Below the pieces are notes generated by a model, which worked only from the letters and a program-made list of their open reading frames with translations, searched no databases and was not told the origin of the DNA. Below, in pieces: positions 24,601 through 32,368 of a stretch of 59,105 nucleotides of DNA. Source of the DNA: a virus (Duplodnaviria > Caudoviricetes); the IMG/VR virus record IMGVR_UViG_3300009169_000025, positions 1-59,105 of that record; one strand, written 5' to 3'. The translations under genes and the position numbers were made by a program. The stretch's first letter is position 1; each line of letters starts with the position of its first letter.

Positions 24601-26528
24601 TACAAGAAAATGATATTGCTTCTTTCACAAGACAATACTTTCAAAACAACTCTAAAAAAGCTAAAAAAGCTTGGAGTAAAAATGTCAAGTTTACTGATGA
24701 TGGTTTCTTATTGTATGAAACTAACCAAGGTAAGTCTCCTAAATTTATTACTAATACTACTACTGAAGAAAGTAAAAAAGTAACTAAGCTGTATGAAAAC
24801 ATAGGAGGTAATGTCTACAGACAAATTGATGTTGTAGGGCAGTCAGGTATTAAAGAGTACTATTATAAACAAAACCAAGTTACTTCATTGTTTAATGAAG
24901 AGAACACAGTGGAAACTGTACCTACAGTTTTAGCTAAAACAACTATAATGGAAGCTCTAACAATAGATCCTTTAACTACACCTGAAATTTTACTTGAACA
25001 GATTCAAAGTATGAACTTCAGTGAAGATAAAAAATACTTGGCAGAGACAGCTAAATGGTTAATTCCTCTTTTAAAATCTGGTCTAGTTACAGTGAGACTG
25101 TCTGACACTCTTCCTCCAGGAATAGCAGGGCACACTTCAAGACCTAATTCTAAAGGACAAATTGTAATTTCTTTATCTACAATAGATATGGAAACTCTTT
25201 CTAAAGATAAAGGAGCTGAGTTAATCATACATGAAGTATTGCACTCAGTTGCAGTAAGCCATTTAACTGATTATTTTGATAATACAGGTACTGCTTTAAA
25301 ATCAGAAACTTTTATCCCTGGGCATGTTCAAGCATTGTTTGATGCCTACACTGTGGCCAGAGAAAGTTATGCTGATGAAGTACAAGAATTAGAAGAAAAG
25401 ATTGCTCACAATGCTGTAAAAGGAAACCCTCAACTTCCTTATACAGAGAGAGAACTTAATGTAATCTATGGTCTGACAAATGTATTTGAATTTGTATCTG
25501 TAGCTATGACTTCAGAGGATTTCCAAAAAGAATTTAAAGATGTACCTTTTAATTCTAGCAAGTCAGTATTTAGTAAAATCCAAGATTTTATCTTAGGTAT
25601 GTTAGATAGTGTGTTCCCGGATCTAAAACAAGATTCTGTAGCAAGACAATCTATCTTAGCTTCTATGAATTTTATTCAGGAAGAAAGAACTAAAGTTAAA
25701 GCTAAGACTGAAGTCCAACCTACAATGCCTAATGCTAGTGTAGGAATGGTTTATGGTAGAAGTATTGAAGTACCTTTAAATGAAAGAGTTAGTCAAAAAT
25801 TACCTGCAACTATTCAATTAGATGAAGAAACTTCTGTAGATACTAGAACCTTAATGGAATTGAGTAGATTAAAAGATGCTGGTTTATATGGAGAAAGTTT
25901 TGATTGGAATAAGTATGACAATGACAATGAAAAAGAGCTTACAAATGAAGAAGTAGAGCAAGCATTCTTAAAAGAATATGGTCCTGCTGCTCTTGAATAT
26001 GCTCAAGATAAATGGGGAGAAGATATAGCTATTGCAGAACTTGAGTTTTTAAGAGATAATGCTGTAGAAGGAGCAAAAATTGTAGAGGCTTGGTATAATT
26101 TCTCTGATTCTGATTATACAAATGATGATCTTATTTCTCATTTTGCAGATAGAATAGTTAAAGAAGTTCCTGAAGAGTTTGTTGACAAAAATCAAACTAA
26201 GTTATTTGAGAATGAAACTTTAGTTGAAAACCTAAGACAAGAAGAGCAACAAGAACTTAGACAAGAGTTCCCTGATGCTGTAGAAACTAATGGTAAGATT
26301 GAAAAATCTAGCTTGACTACTGAAGAAGACAAAGCTAAATTTGATGAAATCTACAATAGGTATGACAAACTAATTACACCTCTATTACAACAAATAGAGA
26401 AAGGAGAAAATATGATTTCAAATAATTTACTTACCTTTGATTCTTCTATAGAAAAACTAGGTCTTTCTCAGAAAGAGTGGAACAACTTAACTCAAGAAGA
26501 GCAAGACAGAATTAAAAAATGTAATTAA
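12654..26528 (+). CDS. Giant virion-packaged RNA polymerase polyprotein (crAss-like, phi14:2 gp66-type) with C-terminal zincin domain
   Basis: 4624 aa. Catalytic-type DFDVD at 22296-22310 preceded by FRTP (the R-x-P of the double-psi barrel); STDAQEY and KRLA motifs; HEVLH zincin at 25230-25244 with a downstream Glu (FEFVS). Confidence 0.85.
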   Translation: MGLNPKNPTRTVKKNTIDPFSEAAIQAAADRTAIGQSTKGTSLEFEGDIATQSIETDQLQKVGGEGAQSIEASYLSSANAITSNRQSNQTAIANFEAKQAAIKAAKLEAIEKNEITKGMKEVIQTKKGLNEQQANEEVLKFANAQEELDKLESKTLWERTKTFLGSFAPMAPGIGPNPGLIKMATENLFTNGMTAKEEKKYNELQTYKRKEIEPVLAPVSDRINKQREAALLKANELRAKKLEEDAQPMLGPDGRVGPKAGVKGALGYIENTTESNYMPYAEENYWRVVASKYEDMQEKISDYRTGNTDFFAGISTTSKDVFSGGLKPLWNDMRAKEIVDKKERIYAAEKKGQVPTESLSDAENAVLEAYGLENQVQQLKLHENNFGYNMGEGVGGSVGFMAQMLLTRGAGSVAKQGVSSFIRQGVKQDVKLGLRSLLKENLKKGTLKSLAQTGTEIGIRSTAASAGILAQAPISPFFYKAYASDQVGQVEIVKDKNGVEKILVGQELYDEKSEHYKEQIGALDQLIEREKDPTKKEEFESKKVGLQAEWDSMIPKSEASSLMHATGEYFKEAFSEAYAGRGLGAVVKQGGKGLRYVASKSPFLTKVADNIGVAGEVLSKVNSPFRKINNAVNNLTLGRVSASQIGQKAEGGLIQSIPEETFEEIFVQAVPSLGRTSAENKVQREELGKLSFYRDVMAQTAIMGLGFGFVGKVASAKAYNRDNKNYKKLLESLSLTDDEQKALGYTTGNILASPKDYRRLSAKFREAGNDAVADQLEQRMFINMAQQAARLGKMDSYKESIANLQTRKDIPASFIMNAVAVSNQVDAINKTYQNHSEKENFNEILEATVYQGLHEDNLKKLETATPQLQEQARAAIEDYKTRTGKSFDYSIETLLTKEFQTEEEQAQYKEIIGELLNEETGSLAVQNLVGNIEMKRAARVAISESKQKLDESLSPKRQERLDAKRVLREEYELLEKDLQNGEIVLPGVDLEFNYNNELQKGSLASVNVAEAIMKHIEDTYGDMVSKEDLQELKIQKIERAKALRQNAMSELLVAQAQKIQDSQEITPVDTTQPADPFASSEVVVDPDKYEDDTENPVTAANEDPTLDAVFGMAQQGFQADPPEVTTQTPSVNAAGAIQMDQDGFVFDGDPMLGKSYPPEFIAEMEALMESSTQLYEESTGNRITFKEIFEHYKSKGIQETMKKNFGAMSSAWINLNAKHGDKMYPMENFLETFNSIYTPKGVFDVFDIDPQPRQVPVNTGPVMPTTHPDVEVREENEKVAQAGLISTTLIGQDESNREVTVQAAEITVDGQRTSNVQPKIGYSSLEYTEQNVDGTYSKVSIPILNPSKSNGVDITPLLDPDGLQTGDTLSMEVAAEKEWPSITVSNGRDAKGIKQLTTFDKWVKERQDKDPNFRNTAEFQNKLPIYYVSKGRRVGSVNDTDWYDGYNVEDPTGTNINPHRPGGEWAAIIAAGKQSTQALRSNILNGGLKQVTIKRSPSSVYQTVNDGKLVTIADNNPTSILAVQVGESITVGNREPFTDGIILNAEVFKERTVEKGKNKLRYEGNTWEIRREGRKEMPNGEWVNTYKAYHVSRRVTEEQLETVKWALGANAVLSNSYLSGSTSWTSMTKGQAEDMKEQILNSTGLDISLPNELLMFVESYLQLKDKPVRGATKENGKPYTTYMYYQDQFLKNNLGIDSEGVEFVQHTKQELLNKRNYNTAVHIIDGQVQPLNMSYSDYLKSTLKTDVLSFNIGTEEKPIYVTSIQPIINVSYTAVEVATPVTEAQTIIDNAIESAQEQVQNVDYEDQYKFAATLGLDIDSYIEFEEGEAMISNNLQPIQSLVTSIAGLTTPQEHDVRQYVTQAIAEYKQYVDEEGRVLKRGKRQIQLEAKGKVLEKLAKAKEALEANLAIIKSTGADTAERRAFEKAYTDALTNIKSIETEFNTVFDRALEDFEKSSKTEIEEEEVEDALNEKNFNKDSVEENSKLSVGTILKNFLHGVVKRDSKGVPQTGYLSLDKYYTFNEIFNELTKILSIGSDLPSSYEALTNKLRMAAEEGVPFATDVLLKLEGADNQIRNQFLYTFVKHSMSSYFTMYQESGNVTEMKSFEANANEATRVIENKWKNNNRTSELYNRNLSLNKAVAEDLIATYNNWIASGTSTPEDHKAWLSKLGINFTDAAWEKIVAEGIKDKGYTYDNLLYDDSKGIFLPIVKFLNTAIATPQNYSYSEDKSVFKDLSAMFKSVAKIEATYNTNLISLTYRDGDKNIFTQTPETFMSDKVNDLLTSLAQEDNTLVDDLRSLSFSESSIILEFLQEVKSFKDIFKMSHAAIVTLKEKGEESADRSSITDLGEIDYDLNVNGQFGDRKIKQLTTTEKINGIAVRVMRMLCPTMSDKSKAYYLETIGLDLLQGNELVASGKEDVVMSDRLKETLVDKLVMPEVNRILNFYAKVKQTNIKDYDKGATIFHLIPALNTLKNKDGVSLLTEMATLPNLTSEMIRQNYGEVFKDIVTRVVDSEAMKKKELWKEHFVEGVGSKMFGANYFTEVKKSPVTDYNKGIYDVVINGMLHNSEMFKVFAGDMALYSQAKLFNVETEASKSNTSEDKVPEFKDVEDFTTEDWVSINRAIGVNLGKRLAALAAPGNKIAGSADPTFKNYNQILLQDSVDIAPNAGYLITLEYGKDALTPGVKTMLSNYSNHADTVHQYQVGNTMDIAKVSEAQVAMKEIRSQLQRMFPAVDSYFDIESTDAQEYTTVGEHINILNRQGRLTDKKMKAVQEKLDAGKDLTREELKVIMQPIKPVHTGSYVNKDMDVNRYVYVKSSSYPLLPQFTKGTKLNGLRLKMEELEKSTKRFTRASFQTANKVGSVNTKLAINPFDMYSLATIKESNTDAVLVLDRNNFRIQQDVPIKSEKTKADKISMGTQFFKLLFGDGVTELDGFKVDGKDFTGRELHQYYTEAFADLAKQKRTELFQELGLAPNGEIEDKKEFIYSLQKLLVKEAKSRGYSLKSIAGLSIDELAMANGYFYEFKTPLWLSSDKNRYESLLNSIITNRLMQFKIPGNAYVAGSESGIQFKEGIDSIKDLDERTQSRVIYLNNFNGKELGGTEVTEEDGSTIFKKAQVFVRSYFKNPATGELIDLFEGFNSETGDVSKAKYLIRRENGTLGLKEDMIDPNLMNMFSFRTPTSSHVSGSSVEIAGILPPEMGELMIVPKNFTKQKGLDFDVDKENTYQLNHYIDSEGNIKEVDEAYRTRTEDAIKELKFYRGQDFESIQEVEDALLELESRMAVATSIPYRNELQSEIEGLWASLKDSKTSIKDINHAMKGIQRELNTKIASQLSENKFIKAHLAVFNNPDTQVQRKINKVLSMSFAQDQATMFEKAVEDGNKAKEMARYVDLGMTPAQAEKEYYNNQSYNTVLSYSYQKMKMDLGSIGKTAIGVYANYTTMNGLIQQQTENISLSEPITIGGVTSNGKLGVLQSLKPSNISQAVWDKMKLGRTTAEIFAEKENTATDNEKEQILGRVGVNDQTINVDALLTLLGFDIDLVKVPGVKELQKMSLSYLLLSQPSIREYNKKVKDSQGLLGTFLDRSKLKKETVERLSDGVITFGRNPNKAAFAPGNIQTFRYAKTGEVYQSGALLKGQALYDGIAKGGSGMVQADALITYFKLDTQAREVSKIQKVLNTNDLGKSMVESRVAYEALADIPSTSIQNATSLLGKFETNPSVITEDMYKIGVYYVTPTTPQGHVAIHGLHVGNTLFKSFFPYDDAGIKAVVNQIFTAQGMDIDNISDSVYVKEFHKIMEEIIKYINSNPANNTYVGETRAKRLETFVDSDTNTSLSTYLRDLGASTTNKTGVNNVLKNALYTRFSYTTGVEGELSLIKYNNSATDNLDEEILYNAIPELVLANYPLPARNGKPYSTKQLAEDLVAYSFLEGGVQEATQFSKFIPVQLMEVMGQMEMNNGKEIFVPINKKLQKFNNRNETYGFFNSILGLQENDIASFTRQYFQNNSKKAKKAWSKNVKFTDDGFLLYETNQGKSPKFITNTTTEESKKVTKLYENIGGNVYRQIDVVGQSGIKEYYYKQNQVTSLFNEENTVETVPTVLAKTTIMEALTIDPLTTPEILLEQIQSMNFSEDKKYLAETAKWLIPLLKSGLVTVRLSDTLPPGIAGHTSRPNSKGQIVISLSTIDMETLSKDKGAELIIHEVLHSVAVSHLTDYFDNTGTALKSETFIPGHVQALFDAYTVARESYADEVQELEEKIAHNAVKGNPQLPYTERELNVIYGLTNVFEFVSVAMTSEDFQKEFKDVPFNSSKSVFSKIQDFILGMLDSVFPDLKQDSVARQSILASMNFIQEERTKVKAKTEVQPTMPNASVGMVYGRSIEVPLNERVSQKLPATIQLDEETSVDTRTLMELSRLKDAGLYGESFDWNKYDNDNEKELTNEEVEQAFLKEYGPAALEYAQDKWGEDIAIAELEFLRDNAVEGAKIVEAWYNFSDSDYTNDDLISHFADRIVKEVPEEFVDKNQTKLFENETLVENLRQEEQQELRQEFPDAVETNGKIEKSSLTTEEDKAKFDEIYNRYDKLITPLLQQIEKGENMISNNLLTFDSSIEKLGLSQKEWNNLTQEEQDRIKKCN
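26432..26439 (+). promoter_or_regulatory. Candidate -7 element (TACCTTTG) upstream of the 1932-aa gene
   Basis: TAnnTTTG match about 90 nt before ATG 26531. It lies inside coding sequence, so it may be chance. Confidence 0.3.
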
Positions 26529-26530
26529 TT

Positions 26531-29500
26531 ATGGCAAACTGTGTAAATACTAACACTAAAGAATTTAAAGAATTAAGTGCTGAAGCCAAATTAAATCCTA
26601 TAGTTCTTGCTGCAAAGGTTTCTTTGTGGCAAGAATCTAATGGTTTAGATAACTTTCCTACTCTTAGAGAATTAAGAATTAATGAATTCAATAGTGTGAA
26701 AGGTTTCTTTGAGCCTAATCCTTTATCTACTTTATCTAAAGGGACTATTACAACTTCTGAGTTGCTTGAGTCTGTTAAAGACAGTGCACACCCTTTGTCT
26801 ATAGTGGCTACACACTTAACGCAGTATGAGGAATTATTAAAAAATTCAACATCAACTTTAGCTGATGATGAAACTATGGATAAAGAAAACTCTCTAGGGT
26901 ATTATGAGCCTGATACTCATAATATAATGATGAGAGACTCTATGTCTTTTAAAGAAGGAGGTACAGTAGCTGTGCATGAGATTTTGCATGCTATGTCTTA
27001 TAAAGAACTAAGAACTAACACTACTAGTGCTAAAGCTTTTGGAGAACTTTATGATTATGCAAAAGCATTGTTTCCAGAATACAATAAAGAAACTGGTCAA
27101 GGAACTTATGGTACTTATACTGTAGATGAATTCCTAGTTGCTTTGTACACAGATGCTAAATTTATAAAAGCATTACAAGAACTTCCAGCTTTAAGTGATA
27201 CTAAGTTTAAAAATGCCTATGAAGAAATCATGGACTACTTACTTTCTCTTTTAGGTATTGAGAAAGAAAGCAATCCTACATTATACTCTCAGGCTTTTTT
27301 TGCTGCAGAGACTATTCTTACTGATGCTACTGAAAGAATTGCAGCTAACAAAGAATATGCAGAAGCTATTGAGAGAGGAGATATTCCTTTTTCTAAAAAA
27401 GCAGGGCCTAAGATAGGAGCAATTAGTGCTAATGGAGTTTCTTCTTTATTGGACACAACTTTTCAAACTAAAAGATTTTCAAACACAGTATCTTTTAATC
27501 AAGGAAAAGCTATCAAAAAGTATAATGCTTTACAAACTGATCATCATATTGAGTATGTTTCTAAACTAGAAAATGCTAAAACTGGAGAACACAGTTTTAC
27601 TTACAAAGTTGTAAAAGGTAGAGTCACTAAAGAAAGAGCAATACAGCAAGAAACTGCTAACAGAAATGCTGATGCCGGCTATAAAAATAAACAAGTTATC
27701 CCTGAATTAAATTTGTTTTCTTCTATAGAAGAAGAGAATCAAGGTCTTACTGAAGAAACTAAAACAGAAGTAAACCTAGATTATTATAATGGAGATGAGG
27801 CTTTGTTTACTCAAGAAGAGATGGCTCCGGAACCTGTTGAAGAAACAGAATTAGTAGATGGCAAAACAACTGAAGAGTATTTAGCCAATGAGTTTACTGC
27901 TCAGGAAAATGCTGAAATAGAGGCAATGCAAGAAGAGATTGATGGCCTCAATACTGATGTTGATTTACTCTATGAGTACATGGCCCAGCTAGATGGTATT
28001 AGACAGCCTGGTGCTGTACTTTCCACTACTGAATTTGGTGGTGCTGTTACAGTTAGGTTTACTTCTGTAGAGCAAGCTGAGCAATACTTTGAAACTAAAA
28101 TACAAGAAATTGAACAAAAGCTTCTAGAAGAAGGAGATGCAGTTATTGTAAATAGCAACACTCCAACTACTGTTATTCAGCCTCATTATGATGCCTATTT
28201 AAAACAAAAAGAAGCTATGTTAGTCTATGTGACTAACTCTTTGAAAAATCTATACAATCAAAAAAGTAAATTCAAATCTAATAAGTTTGATGCTAAGATT
28301 CAAGAGTTTAGAATCTTACAAAGTAATTTAGAGTCTGATATTTTTGATTACAATGACCCTTCTCAAGACAAACTAGATTTGATAGAGAAGTTTTTTAGAC
28401 AAGATGTTGCTACTGTGACAGCTCTTTTATCTAATCCTACTATTGATAACTACTTCTTAGCTAAGGATTTACTAGGGTTTATGCAGAGAATATCTGATCC
28501 TACTAAAGAAGGAGATGTTGATGCAGATTCAGGTAATACTTTCACTCCTTACAAAGGGAATAAAACCAAGTACCCTGCTGAAGTTCTAAATATGCTAGAA
28601 AATATTAGAACTGAATTAGACAAAGCTCAGATGCTTGTAAAAGATGCAGGGGAGCAAGTTCTACTTGAGTTACTAGAAAGACATGAAACTAAACTAAATA
28701 GTATTTTTGATACTACTTCTGCAGAGGAAGCAAGAGAAAAATTAAGAGAACAGCTTGATGACATTACTCAAGTAGACAAATACTTATGGGCCACAGGAGA
28801 AAACTTGTACAAGAAAAACAATGTTTTAGATGCCTTAATGAGATTAGAATATGAGATTGAAGAAAGTAAGATGCTTGCTATCCAAACTCAACTTAAGATT
28901 CAAATAGCTGCAGCAGAGGCCAAAGGTGTAGCTGCTCTAAAAGCTATGGGTAAAACCTATGAATTATTTAAGAATCCTGGAAAGTTTAAAGATACTCTTG
29001 TAGAAAGATTTTCATCTAGCTATGGGGATTTCCTAAAAGCTGTAAAGAAAAGTATTGACTCTAAGATTTATCAGGCCATTAAAAATGGAGATTGGTTAGC
29101 TGAGGTAGACTTACTGAATAAAAAGTTTAATTTACTGAACAATGATGTTGAGTTTATTGATGTTTCTAGACTTCATGAAATGGAAGATGGAAGTGGAAGA
29201 TACTTGCAATATCAAATGGGAACTCCAGCAGAAGCTGCTGCTTACAAAGCTTTACTTATTTCTAAAATAGGTCAGATTGAATATGAAAATATTATTGAGA
29301 CTCAAAGAAACAACTTAGATGCTTATGAGCAAGATTTGGCAAGTTACATTCAATACAAAGTTGATCAAGAACAAGTTTCAAATAGAACTCAACTAAGTCC
29401 TCAAGCTCAAAAGAATATTACTATTTTTGAAGCTAGAACTAATCCTGTAAAATTCTCTGAAAACTTTAGAACTACAGGAACAAATCAAGTAGCTTATAGT

Positions 29501-32329
29501 ATTGGAACTCAAGCTAATGCTGCTACTGCTAAGTTGACTTACAACACTTTCATTCCTAGAAAAGAAGATTTATCAGGAAACTCAACTGGATATTTTGATC
29601 CTAAATATGATGAAATTCTTAGTAATGATGATGTATTTGCTTTGTATTCAGCTATTAGAAAAGGACTATACCAAGTAGAAGAAAACCTTAGAGGTTCAGG
29701 AGTATTTGTAAATGCCGGAGACATCCCTAGTTTTAAACAAACTATGTCAGATGTCATCTTAGATAAAGGTTGGTTAGGTGCTATGAAGCAAGGCCTACCT
29801 ACTTCTATGCCAGAGGTATTAAAAATACTTAAAGCTGGAATTACTTTAAAACCTGTCAGAAGCTTTTTAGGAAGACAACTATCAGGGACTAGTTCTGAGT
29901 ATGGTTCAGACCATAAAATAGAAGCTCCTACTGAAATAAGTTTTTCTAATGAAGGAGACAACAAATTAGACTTGGCTTCTGTAGTCAAAGCTTCTTTAGA
30001 GTTCTCTGCTGTTCATAAAGCAAGAGCTTTAGCCAAAGATAAAGTTAGACTTTATATGGAAGAGTCTTCCAATATTAAAGACAAGCAAGGCAATGATAGA
30101 AACAGAGAAATGGCAAGACAGAAGTTTTTCTATAATCAACTTCTATTGAATAAAAGAGGTAAAAAACAATATGTTAGTATAAGTGAAGGATTAATTTCTT
30201 TGGACAGAAAACTAACAGGAAATCCTTTTTCAAAAAGTAGAATGTTTTATAAATATTTTACTTCAGACCAAAAGAAAGTTTTTACTCAAGCTTTAAAACA
30301 ATGGCATGTTTTAAAAACTAAAGGTTTTGCTACCTTAACTGATAAAGAAAAAGAAGAAAGACTTGCCTTAGAAAATACTATGGAGATGATGGGACAAGAT
30401 TATTTCTTGTCAACTATCTACAAAGCTATAACTATGAAGTTGGCTATTAGTTTAAACTTAGCTTTAAACATACCGGCACAGATTCTTAACAAAACTGTAG
30501 GATTGGTTTCTGCAGTTAATAGAGATGGAAGATACTGGCCTGAAGGTAGTGTCTATGCTTGTGCTTCTTTCTTGCACAAAAAACCTATGATGAGGCATGT
30601 CAGTAAAGAGTGGGCAGAGACCTCTGATATACTTAGAAATTTTGTAGAAAGAACAGCTTTAGTAAGTGATGGTTCTACAGAATTAGAAAGATCTGAAGGA
30701 AAACTTAGAAAAAGACTTAGTGTATTCTATCCTATGGGATTAATGCAATGGGCAGAAGACTCTAACCAGACTTTGAGTATTCTTTGTAGAGCTACTGGGT
30801 ACAAAATAAAAGATAAAAATGGAGTTGAATACCCTTTATTTACAGGTAAAAAATTTAATGGGTATATTATGCAAGATGGAGTTCTTGCTTTAGATCCTGA
30901 GTTTGATACTCCTGAAAATAGAGAGGCCTTATTAAACATGTCCTCTGACTCTTTTATTGATTGGAGAGAAGAGACTAAAGAAACTCTTAATGAATTAAAT
31001 GGTGACTACTCTCACACAGGGGTTACCATGATTAAAGACAGTGTCTTAACTGCTCCTATGATGTTATACAAGACTTGGTTACCTAAGTATATCTCAAGTA
31101 GATGGAAAAGAAATCAAAGAAATGTAAAGACAGGCAAGAATGAAACTGGATTTATGATGGAAGCTATTACAGGAAATACCACAGGAGGAGCTGGCTTCTT
31201 ACTTGGAGGTACTGCTGCTTTAGGTGCTTTAACTGCTGCTGTTCCTGCTATCCCTTTGACTATAGGAATTGGGTTGGCTATTGGAGGAATTGGAGTAAAC
31301 ATAGCTAGAAGCAGAGCTTCCAAAAGAAGACTGGTCCCAGACACAGATGAAATCATAGTTAGTTGGCAAAAGCAAACAATGTTTGTTTTACAGACTTTAC
31401 TAAGAACTCCTGCAACTCCTATCAATATATTGGCAGGCAGAGAATTAATTAAAAGTAGTGAAAGTGCTTTAGGTTTAGATAAAACTAAACTAAATGAGCA
31501 GGCTTCTATAGCTGCTGCTAGAGATGTAGCAAGAAATCTTCAATACAGTTTAGCTATCATGGCCTTACACTTTGCAGTACAAGCTGCTTTTGGGCCTCCT
31601 GATGAAGAAAGAGAGAAGAAAGGTGAGAAAGGCACAAAGCAAAGAAAAAGATACCTAGATCAGCAAGAAAGACTAAGAGAGGAACATCCTTATTTTAACT
31701 ATGCTGCTAACACTTTGGCTAGATTGTTCCAAGAAACTAATAGTTGTTTAGACCCTAGTATCTTAGCTACTACTTTTGGTAGTAAAAATACTTTAGAAGG
31801 AGCTTTTGACAAGATGGCTAAATTCCTGATTGCCTGGAGCAAACCTGAAGAGAAAGATATTTACAAAACAGGACCTCATTCCGGATTAAGTAAAAGTGAC
31901 ATAGCTGCTAGAAAAGCTTTCTTACCTGCTACACTGAGATTCTTTGGTGCTAATAGTTGGGAAGACCCTTTTAATGGCTGGAGAGCTGGATTTGAAAGTG
32001 CCACTGAAGAAGAATGGAACACAGAAACCATGACTAATGAAATGCTAAGAGTAACTGACTTTAAAAATCAGACTCAAGAGTGGAAAGCTGAAGTTGCAAA
32101 ACAAACTCCAAAAGCCACTGAAAATATTTTAAGATCTTGGGGTTACACTACAGAAAAAGAGATACCTGTGGCTTCTTTAGACAAATTCAAGAAACTAGTA
32201 AAAGCAGAGACCATTGATTTAATAGTAGAAAATAACAGAAAAGAAGATAAAGAAGATAGAATACTAAAACCTAAAAGGTCTAAGTTTGACAAGGAACAAA
32301 TGAGGAAACCTAAAAAAGATACTAAATAA
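26531..32329 (+). CDS. Large virion/ejection protein with N-terminal zincin metallopeptidase and C-terminal hydrophobic segment
   Basis: 1932 aa. GYY...HEILH (26975-26989)...DEF zincin signature; Gly/Ala hydrophobic stretch at 31184-31303. Confidence 0.65.
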   Translation: MANCVNTNTKEFKELSAEAKLNPIVLAAKVSLWQESNGLDNFPTLRELRINEFNSVKGFFEPNPLSTLSKGTITTSELLESVKDSAHPLSIVATHLTQYEELLKNSTSTLADDETMDKENSLGYYEPDTHNIMMRDSMSFKEGGTVAVHEILHAMSYKELRTNTTSAKAFGELYDYAKALFPEYNKETGQGTYGTYTVDEFLVALYTDAKFIKALQELPALSDTKFKNAYEEIMDYLLSLLGIEKESNPTLYSQAFFAAETILTDATERIAANKEYAEAIERGDIPFSKKAGPKIGAISANGVSSLLDTTFQTKRFSNTVSFNQGKAIKKYNALQTDHHIEYVSKLENAKTGEHSFTYKVVKGRVTKERAIQQETANRNADAGYKNKQVIPELNLFSSIEEENQGLTEETKTEVNLDYYNGDEALFTQEEMAPEPVEETELVDGKTTEEYLANEFTAQENAEIEAMQEEIDGLNTDVDLLYEYMAQLDGIRQPGAVLSTTEFGGAVTVRFTSVEQAEQYFETKIQEIEQKLLEEGDAVIVNSNTPTTVIQPHYDAYLKQKEAMLVYVTNSLKNLYNQKSKFKSNKFDAKIQEFRILQSNLESDIFDYNDPSQDKLDLIEKFFRQDVATVTALLSNPTIDNYFLAKDLLGFMQRISDPTKEGDVDADSGNTFTPYKGNKTKYPAEVLNMLENIRTELDKAQMLVKDAGEQVLLELLERHETKLNSIFDTTSAEEAREKLREQLDDITQVDKYLWATGENLYKKNNVLDALMRLEYEIEESKMLAIQTQLKIQIAAAEAKGVAALKAMGKTYELFKNPGKFKDTLVERFSSSYGDFLKAVKKSIDSKIYQAIKNGDWLAEVDLLNKKFNLLNNDVEFIDVSRLHEMEDGSGRYLQYQMGTPAEAAAYKALLISKIGQIEYENIIETQRNNLDAYEQDLASYIQYKVDQEQVSNRTQLSPQAQKNITIFEARTNPVKFSENFRTTGTNQVAYSIGTQANAATAKLTYNTFIPRKEDLSGNSTGYFDPKYDEILSNDDVFALYSAIRKGLYQVEENLRGSGVFVNAGDIPSFKQTMSDVILDKGWLGAMKQGLPTSMPEVLKILKAGITLKPVRSFLGRQLSGTSSEYGSDHKIEAPTEISFSNEGDNKLDLASVVKASLEFSAVHKARALAKDKVRLYMEESSNIKDKQGNDRNREMARQKFFYNQLLLNKRGKKQYVSISEGLISLDRKLTGNPFSKSRMFYKYFTSDQKKVFTQALKQWHVLKTKGFATLTDKEKEERLALENTMEMMGQDYFLSTIYKAITMKLAISLNLALNIPAQILNKTVGLVSAVNRDGRYWPEGSVYACASFLHKKPMMRHVSKEWAETSDILRNFVERTALVSDGSTELERSEGKLRKRLSVFYPMGLMQWAEDSNQTLSILCRATGYKIKDKNGVEYPLFTGKKFNGYIMQDGVLALDPEFDTPENREALLNMSSDSFIDWREETKETLNELNGDYSHTGVTMIKDSVLTAPMMLYKTWLPKYISSRWKRNQRNVKTGKNETGFMMEAITGNTTGGAGFLLGGTAALGALTAAVPAIPLTIGIGLAIGGIGVNIARSRASKRRLVPDTDEIIVSWQKQTMFVLQTLLRTPATPINILAGRELIKSSESALGLDKTKLNEQASIAAARDVARNLQYSLAIMALHFAVQAAFGPPDEEREKKGEKGTKQRKRYLDQQERLREEHPYFNYAANTLARLFQETNSCLDPSILATTFGSKNTLEGAFDKMAKFLIAWSKPEEKDIYKTGPHSGLSKSDIAARKAFLPATLRFFGANSWEDPFNGWRAGFESATEEEWNTETMTNEMLRVTDFKNQTQEWKAEVAKQTPKATENILRSWGYTTEKEIPVASLDKFKKLVKAETIDLIVENNRKEDKEDRILKPKRSKFDKEQMRKPKKDTK

Positions 32330-32332
32330 AAT

Positions 32333-32368
32333 AAAAAATAAAGTGAGGCTTTTAAGGGCCTCACTTTT
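32333..32368. terminator. Bidirectional intrinsic terminator at the convergence of the two genome arms
   Basis: Stem AAGTGAGGC (32341-32349) / GCCTCACTT (32358-32366), with T run on the + side and A run on the other side. Confidence 0.85.

Noticed and set aside
1314-32364. Many 60-170 aa ORFs antisense to or nested within the large + strand genes, and + strand ORFs inside the - strand arm
   Set aside because: Shadow ORFs of strongly biased coding sequence; no motifs and Ser/Leu/Phe-rich composition.
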